From Anaerolineae bacterium (lineage in GTDB: Bacteria; Chloroflexota; Anaerolineae; Aggregatilineales; UBA3940), in NCBI GenBank assembly GCA_034434995.1, contig DAOTYF010000026.1:3492-67491 (forward strand): a stretch of 64,000 nucleotides of DNA, in the 5' to 3' direction. The translations under genes and the position numbers were made by a program. The stretch's first letter is position 1; the number at the start of each line of letters is the position of its first letter. The notes under the pieces were generated by a model. It was not told the DNA's origin and did not search any database. It saw only the letters and a list, made by a program, of their open reading frames with translations. Positions 38,084-48,420 of this stretch are shown in pieces.

Positions 38084-38980
38084 CTAGCGTTGAGAACCTA
38101 CCTCAATCCCGGCGAGGTGTTCCAGGGCTTTGATGAGGGCGTGGTTGCCCTCATTGCCGAGGCCGCGCGCCTGGAGTGTACGATACAAGTTAAAAACCAG
38201 GCTCGTTGCGATGAGCGGTACACCAAGCTGATCGGCTGCTTCGAGAATGAGGCGCAAGTCTTTCTGCTGAAGGTCAATTGTGAAGCCGGGCCTCCAATCG
38301 CGGTTCAGGATTTGGGGACCTCGGTGGCTGAGCATCCAGCTCCCCGCGGCTCCCCCTGCGACCGCTTCGATGGTTTTCGCCAAATCCAAGTTGCCGGCCT
38401 GCGCAAAGAGCAACGCTTCGCTCACAGCCAAGCCGGTCACGACGACCAGTATCTGATTCACCAGCTTCACCATCTGACCCGCGCCGTGCCCACCGACGTG
38501 GGTGATGCTCTTTCCCATTGCCAGCAGATACGGCATGGCGCGTTCCATCTGTTCAGGCTCACCACCCACCATAATGCTGAGCGTTCCCTGGAGTGCTCCC
38601 TCGCTTCCTCCACTGACAGGCGCGTCGAGCATATAAATGCCCTTTTCGCGCAACAGGTCGGCGATCTCGCGGGTAGCAAGTGGGCTGATGGTGCTCGTGT
38701 CGATCACCAGCGATCCCGCCTCCGCCCCCTGTATGATACCTGTTTCGCCGAGGATCACCGCCTTGACATCAGGAGTGTCGCTTACGCAAACGAAGATGAT
38801 CTGGCACCGGGAGGCTAGATCAGCGGGACTGCTGGCCCCTCTGGCCCCTGCGCGGATCAGGTCATCCGCCCGGCCCGGGGTTCGATTCCACACGCATAGG
38901 TCAAATCCTGCCTTGAGCAAGTTCTGGGCCATTGCGTGCCCCATGATTCCCAGACCAATGAAGCCAACACGTTCTGCCAT
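38084..38980 (-). CDS. NAD(P)-dependent oxidoreductase, 3-hydroxyisobutyrate/6-phosphogluconate dehydrogenase-like family
   Basis: 298 aa. The N-terminal motif VGFIGLGIMGHAMAQNLLKAGFDLCVWNRT and the internal DAPVSGG are present. Confidence 0.85.
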   Translation of the reverse strand: MAERVGFIGLGIMGHAMAQNLLKAGFDLCVWNRTPGRADDLIRAGARGASSPADLASRCQIIFVCVSDTPDVKAVILGETGIIQGAEAGSLVIDTSTISPLATREIADLLREKGIYMLDAPVSGGSEGALQGTLSIMVGGEPEQMERAMPYLLAMGKSITHVGGHGAGQMVKLVNQILVVVTGLAVSEALLFAQAGNLDLAKTIEAVAGGAAGSWMLSHRGPQILNRDWRPGFTIDLQQKDLRLILEAADQLGVPLIATSLVFNLYRTLQARGLGNEGNHALIKALEHLAGIEVGSQR

Positions 38981-39074
38981 GATTGCTCCTTTCGGGCTGC
39001 GGAAAGAAGAGAAGAGAGGCCCACGATAGCCGTGAGCCTCAGTTCACTAGGCGGACGCAAAAGTCTGTGTCATG

Positions 39075-40310
39075 CTATTCAACCGTGATATCCACAAAGG
39101 CAGTCATCCCCCAGCGGAGTGCTTCGGGAACGCGCTCTAGCTCAATGGTGACGGTGTAATTCACCCCTGCTCCCTCCGAAGACTTGGGAGCAATACGCAC
39201 CACTGTGCCATTCACGGTTTCGTCGGGCAGCGCATCGAACGTGATGACGGCGGGCGCGCCAACCTGCACACGCGCCACATCGATTTCGTTGAGGTCAGTT
39301 GTCTTGACCAGGAGATCACCCGCTCCTAGTATCCCGACCTGCTGCCCAGGTGTGATCCACTCACCTGGGCGCACATATACAGCGCCGACCATCCCAGCAA
39401 AGGGTGCAGTCAGAATTGCATCGTTGCGTGCGGCCCTCGCGGCGTCTAAGGCCGTTTGTGCTTCCTGAAGACGGGCTTCTGCGATGGCGATATCCTCTGC
39501 GCGCGGCCCGGCCAGCAGGAGATTCAGGTATGCTTCAGACGCCTCGCGCTCTGCCGCCGCAACCCATACCTGCGCCTGTGCGACGCGGAGATCGTCTGGG
39601 TCACCTCCAGCCAGCAGTTGATCGAGGTAAGCCTGGGCTGAGGCAAGGTTGCCATTGGCTATATTCAGGGCCTGTTGGGTATCCTGAATCTGCTCCTCAT
39701 CGAGCTGCTCTTCGCTGATCGGAAACAACTCCTGAAAGTCCGGGTCAGCGTTGAAGGCCCACCCGATGGCCTGATCATAGTCGTTCTGAGCGGTTCGCTG
39801 GGCCATGTAGGCTGACTGAAGATCAACCTCGGCTTGCGCGATCTCTGCTTCTGTAGCGCCAGCAAGAATTTCGTCTCGTCGAGCAGCAGCCTGTGCTACC
39901 TGCGCAGTCGCCGCAGCCAGATCGTGCCTTGCCTGTTCGATCTCTTCCGGGCGAGCGCCTGCTTTGGTGCGATCCAGATTAGCCTGCGCGATGGCCAGCG
40001 CTGCCTCAGCCTCAGCGACCCGAGCATCGAGCACAGTCGTATCGAGGCGGGCAAGTATCTGTCCTTCCTCGACCGTGTCACCTTCCTGGACCATCACCTC
40101 TGCAACAATACCGCCTGTTGCAAAGCTCAGCGTGCTCGTGCTGGCAGGCTCAACCACTCCGGTTGCACTGACCACGGGTGGGATCGCTTCACCTGCTTCG
40201 GGGGTGGAGGTTGGTTCGCCGCCCGTTGCACCACCACAGCCGGCCAGTAGAAGAGCAAGAGCCAGTTCTGCCACTAAGTGTCTTGAGATAGATTGATTTC
40301 GCGCCGTCAT
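39075..40310 (-). CDS. HlyD-family periplasmic adaptor (membrane fusion protein), lipoprotein
   Basis: 411 aa with lipobox LLLAGCGG. It has a biotinyl-lipoyl-like part (G.VAEVMVQEGDTVEEGQILARLD), long coiled-coil hairpins, and the C-terminal VVRIAPKSSEGAGVNYTVTIEL. Confidence 0.85.
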   Translation of the reverse strand: MTARNQSISRHLVAELALALLLAGCGGATGGEPTSTPEAGEAIPPVVSATGVVEPASTSTLSFATGGIVAEVMVQEGDTVEEGQILARLDTTVLDARVAEAEAALAIAQANLDRTKAGARPEEIEQARHDLAAATAQVAQAAARRDEILAGATEAEIAQAEVDLQSAYMAQRTAQNDYDQAIGWAFNADPDFQELFPISEEQLDEEQIQDTQQALNIANGNLASAQAYLDQLLAGGDPDDLRVAQAQVWVAAAEREASEAYLNLLLAGPRAEDIAIAEARLQEAQTALDAARAARNDAILTAPFAGMVGAVYVRPGEWITPGQQVGILGAGDLLVKTTDLNEIDVARVQVGAPAVITFDALPDETVNGTVVRIAPKSSEGAGVNYTVTIELERVPEALRWGMTAFVDITVE

Positions 40311-40320
40311 GATCGCTCTC

Positions 40321-41550
40321 CTACCCTGTCACAATATCCACGAAGGCCGTCATGCCCCACCGCAGAGCTGCGGGCACCTCTGAAAGTTCGATGATGACTG
40401 TATAGTTCACCCCAGCCCCTTCTGAGGATTTGGGCGCGATGCGGACGACCGTTCCCTGAACAGAGACCTCTGGCAGGGCGTCGAAGGTCACCGTAGCGCG
40501 GTCACCCACCTTAATGCGCGCAACATCCAACTCGTTGAGGTCAGTTGTCTCCACGCGAAGCGTGTTCAGGTCACCGATTAGGAGAACAGGTTGTCCAGGG
40601 CCGATCCACTCGCCTTCATCAACCCGGACCTCGCTTATTGTCCCATTGAAGGGAGCTTTCAGAAGACCCTGATCTCGCTCGATGCGGGCAGCCTCAACGG
40701 CGGCACGTGCCTGCTCGACTTCGGCCTCTGCCACTGCGATTTCCTCAGGGGCAGGTCCGGCCATAACCAAGTCAAGGTAGGCCTGTGCAGCGTCTCGCTG
40801 TGCTGCTGCGACCCAGATTTGCGCGTTGGCGACAGCGATGGCCTCAGGCCGAGGGCCAGCCAGCAATTGCTCCAGGTTGGCCTGAGCGGCTGCAAGCTGG
40901 AGGTTAGCTAGCTCAAGGGCGTTGCGCAGATCCTGTTCCCTGTCCAGAGGGGTACGATCTCCTGGCTCGAAGCCGTAGTCGTCCCAGGTAGGGAGCATTC
41001 CCATCAGGTCGTCGTAAGCCTCCTGGATGTTCTGAGCGTTCAGGGCAGCTTGGTCGACCTGGGCCTGGGCTGCCAAAACCTGATTCGGATCAGGGGTGGC
41101 CCGCAGTCGGTCACGCTCGGCAATAGCTACCGAGACCCGCGCGTTCGCCGCGGCTAGCCGATCTCGCGCCTGTTCGATTTCTTCATCGCGCGGCCCTGCT
41201 TGGGCCAGTGCCAGATTCGCCTCGGCTACGCCGAGTGCTGCCTGGGCCCTTGCCAGCGCAATGTCCAGATCGGTCGTATCCAGCCGGGCAAGCACATCGC
41301 CAGCTTCAACATCCATCCCTTCCTCAACGGCCAGAGAGACAAGCTGGCCGCTAATGGGGAAGCTCAGAGTTGCCCACTGAGCCGGGATGACCTCAGCCGT
41401 TGCGCTTACAATACCTTGCTCTTCTGCAGGAGCAGCAACATCCTCGGTTGGTTCTGGCGTTCCGACCTGCCCTGAGCAACCCGTCACCACAAGCACGATA
41501 GTTGCTAATACGAGCAGCAGCGTCAGTTGCTGCCTGGAATGTGCCATCAT
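40321..41550 (-). CDS. HlyD-family periplasmic adaptor (membrane fusion protein), tandem paralogue
   Basis: 409 aa with lipobox VVTGCSG and the same architecture. Its C-terminus (VVRIAPKSSEGAGVNYTVIIEL...ALRWGMTAFVDI) is near-identical to that of the neighbouring adaptor. Confidence 0.85.
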   Translation of the reverse strand: MMAHSRQQLTLLLVLATIVLVVTGCSGQVGTPEPTEDVAAPAEEQGIVSATAEVIPAQWATLSFPISGQLVSLAVEEGMDVEAGDVLARLDTTDLDIALARAQAALGVAEANLALAQAGPRDEEIEQARDRLAAANARVSVAIAERDRLRATPDPNQVLAAQAQVDQAALNAQNIQEAYDDLMGMLPTWDDYGFEPGDRTPLDREQDLRNALELANLQLAAAQANLEQLLAGPRPEAIAVANAQIWVAAAQRDAAQAYLDLVMAGPAPEEIAVAEAEVEQARAAVEAARIERDQGLLKAPFNGTISEVRVDEGEWIGPGQPVLLIGDLNTLRVETTDLNELDVARIKVGDRATVTFDALPEVSVQGTVVRIAPKSSEGAGVNYTVIIELSEVPAALRWGMTAFVDIVTG

Positions 41551-41618
41551 GACTTCTCCTTCCTAGAACCGGCAGCCGCAATGGTCGCCGAGGGACATCC
41601 ATAAGATAAGCAACAAGC

Positions 41619-44003
41619 CTACTCGTATGCCAGTGCCTCGCGGACGCTGATCCGAGAGGCGTTCCGGGCAGGGAGAATGCTGGCCAGCATCGCTAGCACT
41701 ATAGCGATGCCAAACCATGCAAGGACTCCCACTGGGGAAAAGGTAAGCGACATAGGACGCTCAAAGAAGGCCAATCCCACTGCCGCGCTTAACCCCCAGC
41801 TCAGGGGAATGGAAAGGAACGTACCCAGGAACCAGCTGATCAGACCTATTAGAACGCCTTCGACCAAAACAATGTTGCGTACCGCCCCGTTGCTAGCCCC
41901 AATAGCGCGTATCACCCCAATCTCACGGGTGCGCTCTAAGACATTCAGACTCATTGTCCCGGTGAGGCCCAGGCCGCCTACGATAGCCAGCATCACCGCC
42001 ATCACCATCATGAAGGCGATGATAAAGTCGAACTGGGCCACGTTGGCCCCATAGATTTCGTCCAGTGTAATGGTTGAGCTGACGCCGATCCCGGCGCGTT
42101 TCAGTCGCTCTTCAAGGGTTCGCCCGATCTCTCGTTGGAACGCCCCATCGTGCTGGGCTGTCCCAACCATGGCGACAGCCGATGAGCCAGGGTAACCTTG
42201 AACCCGGGAGAGATAGCTAAAGTTGACATAGGCAAACATCTGGCCCACACGGTCGATAATGCCAACTACCCGCCAGTCCCGCTTTTCGTCACCCATCAGC
42301 AGGCGAATCTCGTCACCAACCTGAATGTCAGGTTCCTCGCGTAATATATCTACACTGACCACGATGGCATTCTGATCTGAGGGCGTGAGCCAGCGACCTT
42401 CCAGCACAATAGGGCTGATGAAGTCTGTATCAGCGGGAGGGCCAAAAAGGGTGAAAGTCGAGCCTTCGGTGCCATCCGGGCGAATGCGCTGAACCTGCGC
42501 GAATGCCCAACCCTCGACCTCAGTAATCCCATCCAGACGCAAAGCCTCGCGCTCGACCTGGCGAACACCGTACAGGCCATCGAGGCTGATCTGAAGATCG
42601 TATTGGAAGAGTCGGAGGATTTTATCCAGTTCCAAGATCAGTGAACTGCGCACGTTTAGGACAGCGATGAAGATCGCCCCTGCGATGGTCAGTGTGGTGA
42701 GTGTCAGGGTCAGGCGGCCTTTCCGGCGGAACGTGTTGCGCAACGACAGCATGGTAGGGCGTGGCAGGCCCCGGATTCGGCTCAACAACCGGTCGAACCA
42801 TCCTATCTGTCTGCTGCTCTGTCCGATACCGTAGTCGCTGACAGCTTCGCGTACCGTAATCCTTGTTCCATTTAGCACTGGAACGAGGGCTGCACCAAGG
42901 GGGACAATCAGAGCAGTCAGCACCTGAAGCCCAAAGACCCACAGCGGAAGGCGGAAGTTCAGAATGTCGATGTTCAGGAAGTTAGCAACTGCCTGGGTGT
43001 TAAACCAGGCGAGAACGATCCCTATCGGCACGGCAATGAGCAGGGCCAGAAGTCCGAAGATCGTAACAGTGACCAAGTAGATGCTGACCACCTGGCCACC
43101 CGCTGCCCCGACAGCCTTCATCATGCCGATCTGTCGCCTCTGTTGAGCCAGAATGGACGAGATCGTATTGACCACCATAAATCCGCTGAGAATCAGCGCG
43201 AAAATACCAATTCCGGCCAGCACAGCCGTAAATGCCTGGGTTGCATCCGATCCCCAGTGCTTGCCTGGCTCTGGAATGTTGGCAAAGAAAACGCTGTAGC
43301 CGCGCTGCTCCAGTCGGTCCCGAATCTCGGCGACAGTCAGTTCAACTTCCTGTTGCGTGGGGGTTGGATCAGCCACTACCAGGTTAAGTTGCGAGTATAA
43401 ACGCGGCTGCCCAAGCCACTCCAGCGTTTCGAGGCTGATGTAACCTGTTCCCTGGGGGAACAGGTTTGCGGGGATCGCGTTGAAGTCATGGACAGTTCCG
43501 GCGAAGCGTATTTGGCGTTGCTGTCCACTAGGCAGCTCAATGATCAACATGTCGCCAATCTGGGGGAAGCCTGCCAGCGGAACTGAAGTGCGCTCGAGCA
43601 GGATTTCTCGCCTGCCAGGGGGCCATACGCCTGTTTCCGGGGTCATCCGGTTAATATGGACATTGTTGTAGTCAGCAACGGCGATCAGATCGATGTTCAC
43701 CCAACGATTGGGGCCCACCTGAAGTTTGACCGAGAAGACGGTGCGGCCCTCAGCGTCGGCTACCTCGCGCATTCCTCGCACTGCCTCGACGACGTGATCG
43801 TCAAAGGGCGTCATGGCCAGGGTTGCACTAGCAGGGCTGATCGAGAGGTAGCCATTCCGCATGTCGGTCAGGAGAACATCCTGGGTGGTGAACACGCCTC
43901 CGAACGCGAACACACCAACGGCAATCGCCAGCACGACGAGAATGGTTCGGCCCTTGGTCCCCCACAGGTCGCGGAGTACTTTACGCCAGCGTGGATCAAG
44001 CAT
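41619..44003 (-). CDS. ABC transporter permease with duplicated FtsX/MacB-type domains
   Basis: 794 aa. It contains two repeats, each a TM helix, a large extracytoplasmic domain and three FtsX-type TM helices (e.g. [12 protein letters not shown] and [12 protein letters not shown]). Confidence 0.9.
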   Translation of the reverse strand: MLDPRWRKVLRDLWGTKGRTILVVLAIAVGVFAFGGVFTTQDVLLTDMRNGYLSISPASATLAMTPFDDHVVEAVRGMREVADAEGRTVFSVKLQVGPNRWVNIDLIAVADYNNVHINRMTPETGVWPPGRREILLERTSVPLAGFPQIGDMLIIELPSGQQRQIRFAGTVHDFNAIPANLFPQGTGYISLETLEWLGQPRLYSQLNLVVADPTPTQQEVELTVAEIRDRLEQRGYSVFFANIPEPGKHWGSDATQAFTAVLAGIGIFALILSGFMVVNTISSILAQQRRQIGMMKAVGAAGGQVVSIYLVTVTIFGLLALLIAVPIGIVLAWFNTQAVANFLNIDILNFRLPLWVFGLQVLTALIVPLGAALVPVLNGTRITVREAVSDYGIGQSSRQIGWFDRLLSRIRGLPRPTMLSLRNTFRRKGRLTLTLTTLTIAGAIFIAVLNVRSSLILELDKILRLFQYDLQISLDGLYGVRQVEREALRLDGITEVEGWAFAQVQRIRPDGTEGSTFTLFGPPADTDFISPIVLEGRWLTPSDQNAIVVSVDILREEPDIQVGDEIRLLMGDEKRDWRVVGIIDRVGQMFAYVNFSYLSRVQGYPGSSAVAMVGTAQHDGAFQREIGRTLEERLKRAGIGVSSTITLDEIYGANVAQFDFIIAFMMVMAVMLAIVGGLGLTGTMSLNVLERTREIGVIRAIGASNGAVRNIVLVEGVLIGLISWFLGTFLSIPLSWGLSAAVGLAFFERPMSLTFSPVGVLAWFGIAIVLAMLASILPARNASRISVREALAYE

Positions 44004-45183
44004 TCTCAGTATCCTTGCCTTGCTGCGCTTGGCGCTTCATCCGAGTCTGGGTAGCACGCCGCTGGTCGGCAACTCGATCAAGCTGGGATTTGGTCTCCAG
44101 CGACTCTCGGAGGATGGCGTCAAAGTCCGGTTTATCGAGCGCAACGACCTCCACCTCAGTGCCGCGTGCGGCGCGGACTGTAGCGGTCCGCGCTCCCCCT
44201 TGGAGCAGCGCCATCTCGCCAAAGTATTGGCCGGGATGCAGCTCGTCCACCAGGATTTCACTCCCATCGGGGTGGCGCAGGTAGACGTGCACCACACCTT
44301 TGGTAATGATGTAGAACCTATCGGGTGGCGTATCCTGCAAGATGATCACCGTACCGGGCGGAAAGGCAATTGGTTTAAGCTTGTGAGTGGCTGTGACGAG
44401 TTGTTCCTGCGTCAGCGAAGGCAGTGCGCGGGCCAAGTAGCTGTTGACGACCTCGCCATCGGCGATGATGATTGTCCGCGAGGCACGTTGCGCTTGCTCA
44501 TCATCGTGTGTAACCATGACGATCGTCTTGCCACGCTCGATCAAGCCCTCAAATATCTCGAAGACATGCGCCGCTGTTCGGGAGTCGAGGTTCCCTGTTG
44601 GTTCGTCCGCAACCAGGATTGGTGGGTCGTTCGCTAAGGCGCGGGCGATGGCAACCCGCTGCTGCTGACCGCCAGAAATGGCGGTGGGGAGTTTGTGGGC
44701 GTGATCGGTGAGATGAACCAGTTCGAGCAGCTGCATAGCGCGCTCATACCGCTCTCTGCGAGTGTACATGTTGCAGAAATCCATTGGCAGCATGATGTTC
44801 TCAACCACTGTCAGAGTGGGCAGTAGCTGGAAGAACTGGAACACGATGCCGATGTTGCGGCCACGCCATTGGGCAATGTGGCCCTCTTTCAGCGCATGGA
44901 CGGCTGTATCGCCGACGAATATCTCTCCCGAAGTGGGGCGATCAATGCCGGTTAGCATGTTGATCAGGGTCGATTTGCCACTGCCCGACTTGCCAATCAC
45001 CGCGACAAATTCACCTGCTTCTACTTCGATGTCAATTCCCTTCAGGGCCGTGAAGTCGCCGCTTGGCGTCCTAAAGGTCTTGACAACGTTGCGCAGCTCG
45101 ATCAAAGGAGCATCGCCGTTACCAGACCTCATCAGGGGCGTATCGTGGTTCATTGGCCGAGGCTTGAACAACTGCTGCAACAT
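43996..45183 (-). CDS. ABC transporter ATP-binding protein (MacB/LolD-like) fused to a C-terminal cyclic-nucleotide-binding domain
   Basis: Walker [10 protein letters not shown], signature [14 protein letters not shown] and Walker B ILVADEPT are followed by the cNMP-binding fold pattern [23 protein letters not shown]...[25 protein letters not shown] 45183 has GGAGAG 7 nt upstream; the track start is 45270. Confidence 0.85.
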   Translation of the reverse strand: MLQQLFKPRPMNHDTPLMRSGNGDAPLIELRNVVKTFRTPSGDFTALKGIDIEVEAGEFVAVIGKSGSGKSTLINMLTGIDRPTSGEIFVGDTAVHALKEGHIAQWRGRNIGIVFQFFQLLPTLTVVENIMLPMDFCNMYTRRERYERAMQLLELVHLTDHAHKLPTAISGGQQQRVAIARALANDPPILVADEPTGNLDSRTAAHVFEIFEGLIERGKTIVMVTHDDEQAQRASRTIIIADGEVVNSYLARALPSLTQEQLVTATHKLKPIAFPPGTVIILQDTPPDRFYIITKGVVHVYLRHPDGSEILVDELHPGQYFGEMALLQGGARTATVRAARGTEVEVVALDKPDFDAILRESLETKSQLDRVADQRRATQTRMKRQAQQGKDTENA

Positions 45184-45294
45184 GCTTATCTCTCCAATAA
45201 GTCGGGTCGTCTGGATTTGATCGGCGAGGGCCTCCTTATTGTATACGGTTTGGCCCGAAAAACGTATCACGCCTAGTGGGTTTTTAAGAAACGC

Positions 45295-45999
45295 TTAATA
45301 GGGTCGGGTGGCTGTTAGGATCATCATGGTTCCAAACATCAATCGTTGGCAGTGCACACCCTCCAACCCTTCGGCCTGCATGATTCTTGCGATCTCCTCC
45401 GGGGGAGCAAACCGCCGAGTAGACTCTGGGAGGTAGGTGTAAGCAGAGGTATCCCCGGTGATCCATCTGCCTACCAGCGGGATTATCACCCGAAGGTGGA
45501 AAAGAATGAGAGGCCGCAAGATATTATTCGGCGGTGGCGCGGTCTCCAGGCAAACGATTCGCCCGCCCGGCTTGACGACCCGGACCTGTTCCCGGAAAGC
45601 CTGCTGTATGTCTCCGACGTTGCGGATCAGGTATCCTGACACGACAGCATCGAAGCTGGAATCTGCACAGGGTAGACAGAGGGCATCCCCTGCACACCAT
45701 ACGACATTCTGTTCGGTGAGGCGGTTCTTACCCACGCGCATCATGCCCAACGAAGAGTCTACTCCAAGCACCCAGCTACCGGGGTTTTGCCGGAGCGCTT
45801 CCTCTGCGATCCGGCCTGTCCCGGTAGCCACATCGAGGAGTCTCCCGTTCCGCGGTAGCTGGGCTTCACCTATTACCCGCCGTCGCCAGCTTCGATCCTG
45901 CCCCAGGGTCATCAACCAGTTCATGAGATCGTACTGCTGTGCGATCCGGTCAAACATGGATCGGATAAGTGCTGCGCGTTCGCGGCCTTCAGAGAACAT
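45295..45999 (-). CDS. ubiE: demethylmenaquinone/ubiquinone C-methyltransferase
   Basis: 234 aa. FDRIAQQYDLMNWLMTLGQDRSWRR, SAM motif LDVATGTG and the C-terminal region are typical of UbiE/MenG. Confidence 0.9.
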   Translation of the reverse strand: MFSEGRERAALIRSMFDRIAQQYDLMNWLMTLGQDRSWRRRVIGEAQLPRNGRLLDVATGTGRIAEEALRQNPGSWVLGVDSSLGMMRVGKNRLTEQNVVWCAGDALCLPCADSSFDAVVSGYLIRNVGDIQQAFREQVRVVKPGGRIVCLETAPPPNNILRPLILFHLRVIIPLVGRWITGDTSAYTYLPESTRRFAPPEEIARIMQAEGLEGVHCQRLMFGTMMILTATRPY

Positions 46000-46026
46000 G
46001 GTCGATTGTGCCTGGGCTACAAACAG

Positions 46027-46062
46027 AAACGCTATCAGTGATCCTCCCCACCGATAGCGTTT
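46027..46062 (-). terminator. candidate terminator or stem-loop between the DUF427 gene and ubiE
   Basis: A perfect 10-bp inverted repeat (AAACGCTATC ... GATAGCGTTT) has a 16-nt loop. On the minus strand the stem runs into TTTCTGTTTGT. Confidence 0.45.
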
Positions 46063-46210
46063 ATTAGGTCAGCAAGGATTTTACCGTGCCCCGCCTTAGC
46101 CCAACCTTATGAGGAATGGCCGCATTGTAACATGCGGAGGCTGGGCAGCAAAACGCGCCGCTATCGCTGAGCTAGGCTGGGCGCACCTCTTTGGGGTTGG
46201 GGGCAGGCCG

Positions 46211-46534
46211 CTATACTCGCTTAGTGATTGTGCCAGCGCGTGTTCCATCATAGAAACCGATTTTGCCCCTGATCTGGGTATAGCCAGGTTTGGGATCAGG
46301 GTACACCCAAGCTACATCTTTAATAATCGTTCCCCCGTTCGTTTGGAGGTCTATCCATAATGCCCTACCTTTGTATGGGCAGATATAAACCCGGTTCGTG
46401 ACAACCAAGTGGTCCATTAACACCAGATCAGGATCGAAGTAATAGTTGCCCTCAAACCCGAACACGCCTTTATCAAGCTCAGCCTGGGCGATGATCTCAC
46501 CACGAGATCGGTCTGTAACGGTAATAGTGGTCAT
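46211..46534 (-). CDS. DUF427 domain-containing protein
   Basis: 107 aa. The pattern FEGNYYFDPDLV ... CPYKGRALWIDL ... DVAWVYPDPKPGY..I.GKIGFY matches the DUF427 family as I remember it. Confidence 0.75.
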   Translation of the reverse strand: MTTITVTDRSRGEIIAQAELDKGVFGFEGNYYFDPDLVLMDHLVVTNRVYICPYKGRALWIDLQTNGGTIIKDVAWVYPDPKPGYTQIRGKIGFYDGTRAGTITKRV

Positions 46535-46588
46535 CTAACTTTGCCTCCATATACCAAGATGTCCACAGGCCCCCTCGGGGGGCAGAGC

Positions 46589-47389
46589 CTACAGCAAACC
46601 GGCCTGTGCGTTCAACAGATTGGATACTCTGGCGTGGATAATCCGAAGGGCCTCGCTAACTAACGCCCATGGCTCTGTGAGATGAACCAGAACGTCGTAC
46701 TCAATGATGGCTCCCGTCCAGTAACTCGTATGCCAGTGGGCAGGCTCAGGAAGAGCCACATCCGTAAGCCCCGCAGGAATAGGATAAGCGTAGCTGTAAA
46801 TGTAAGGCCGAGGCAATCCCGTGCTTGCTGGCGAGAAGCCAAAACTCATGTGAGGAGCCTGTTCACTCACCTCATCGGTGGCGAACCACAGGAATGACGT
46901 GTCGAAGCCATGCGGCCATACCACAACAGGAGTTTTCTTCCCAGGCAACTCGCGCTGGAATTTTTCCAGTGTTGCAACGCCCTCGTTTAAAACCTGGTTG
47001 TAGTCCGAAGCCGTGCGGGCGTCGAGGCGAAGGAGGGTGTCGCCTGTGAGCTTGGCTCGATCAAGGGTCAGGCTGCGACCAAGCTCTGCTAGTCGAGCTG
47101 TGACCGTCTCGGCCAGCGAAATCTGGCTGTGCTGGTTGAGCGGAAGATGAAATCGTTTCTTTCCTTCGGAGCGGTAAATAAGTTCGCGTTGTGGGAAGTG
47201 TACTAGCATTTCGCCGAAGCCGGGCAGATCGCCTGTTGTGACGCCTTCTGGGAGCATACGTAGGCCGAGGTGAATCCAGTTTGGTTCCGGCTTGGCGAGA
47301 ACCTTGCGCACTTCCCCTATAACTTGACTGGCTTGATGTAGGCCGATACGTGTTTCAGGCCAGTTGTGCAGGAGGTCGGGTAGTGCCAT
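46589..47389 (-). CDS. conserved hypothetical protein (DUF5996-like)
   Basis: 266 aa and soluble. VVVWPHGFDTSFLWF and HMSFGFSP resemble DUF5996. The assignment is from memory only. Confidence 0.5.
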   Translation of the reverse strand: MALPDLLHNWPETRIGLHQASQVIGEVRKVLAKPEPNWIHLGLRMLPEGVTTGDLPGFGEMLVHFPQRELIYRSEGKKRFHLPLNQHSQISLAETVTARLAELGRSLTLDRAKLTGDTLLRLDARTASDYNQVLNEGVATLEKFQRELPGKKTPVVVWPHGFDTSFLWFATDEVSEQAPHMSFGFSPASTGLPRPYIYSYAYPIPAGLTDVALPEPAHWHTSYWTGAIIEYDVLVHLTEPWALVSEALRIIHARVSNLLNAQAGLL

Positions 47390-47471
47390 GACTCATCTTC
47401 CTCAACGCTGACATCTGCTATCCTGATTGCCCTTTGCCAGATTTCCTTACCTTGCTTATCGTTCGTGTGCT

Positions 47472-48419
47472 CTAGCTCAGACTAATGCGTGGGTTCAGGA
47501 TCGCATAGAGCAGGTCGGCAATGAAATTCGCAAGCAAGATCACAACTACAGTGATCATGATGGTGGCTTGAATAAGTGGCAGGTCACGGTTCTCGATGGC
47601 GAAGATCAGCAGACGGCCCAATCCCGGATAACTAAACACAAATTCGATCACCACGAGGCCACTGACCAGCCAACCTGTGCTGGTGGCAATCACGGTGATA
47701 GTGGGGATCAGAGCGTTGCGTAACACATGCCGGAAGATCACTGTGTGATACGGCAACCCTTTGAGAATGGCGGTACGGACGTAGTCGCGTTTCAATTCTT
47801 CAATGATCCCAGCTCGTGTTAGCCGTGCCATGTAGGCAATCAGAACTAAAGTTGCTGTGACGGCAGGCAGCCACAGGCTTGGTAGAGTCTCTAGGAAGGA
47901 GGCATCAGGCCGGATCGATGAGCTGGCGGGAAACAGACCCGCGCGCAGCGCGACTGTGTTGATCAGGAACAGGCCAGTGACAAACTCTGGCAAACTGACC
48001 ACGGAGAGGGAAAGAGTGGAGATAACGCTATCCAACCACTTTCCCTCGGTCAAACCGGCAATTACTCCCAGGCTTATCGACAAAGGTGCCGCGATGATCA
48101 ATGTCAATCCCGCCAGCAGAGCGGATTTGCCCAGCCGCTGAAGTGCGATCTCGCGTATAGGCTGGCGTGGGTGTGAAAAGGTCCATCCCCAATCCTCAGC
48201 GACAAAGCTGCTCACCCAGTGCCCATATTGCACCACCAGCGGATTATCCAAACCCAATTCGGCCCGTAATGCATCTACTTCCTGGGGACTGGCGTCGCGC
48301 CCCAGCAGGACGCGAGCCACATCGCCCGGCAGAACTCGCGTCAAGAGGAAGATGAAAATCGAGGCCACTAGGAGAGTGAATATAAAGAACAGCAGTCGTC
48401 TCAGAATAAACCGTCCCAT
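47472..48419 (-). CDS. ABC transporter permease, DppB/OppB type
   Basis: 315 aa. It has the N-terminus MGRFILRRLLFFIFTLLV, six TM helices and an EAA-like loop (YVRTAILKGLPYHTVIFRHVLRNAL). Confidence 0.9.
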   Translation of the reverse strand: MGRFILRRLLFFIFTLLVASIFIFLLTRVLPGDVARVLLGRDASPQEVDALRAELGLDNPLVVQYGHWVSSFVAEDWGWTFSHPRQPIREIALQRLGKSALLAGLTLIIAAPLSISLGVIAGLTEGKWLDSVISTLSLSVVSLPEFVTGLFLINTVALRAGLFPASSSIRPDASFLETLPSLWLPAVTATLVLIAYMARLTRAGIIEELKRDYVRTAILKGLPYHTVIFRHVLRNALIPTITVIATSTGWLVSGLVVIEFVFSYPGLGRLLIFAIENRDLPLIQATIMITVVVILLANFIADLLYAILNPRISLS

Positions 48420-48420
48420 G

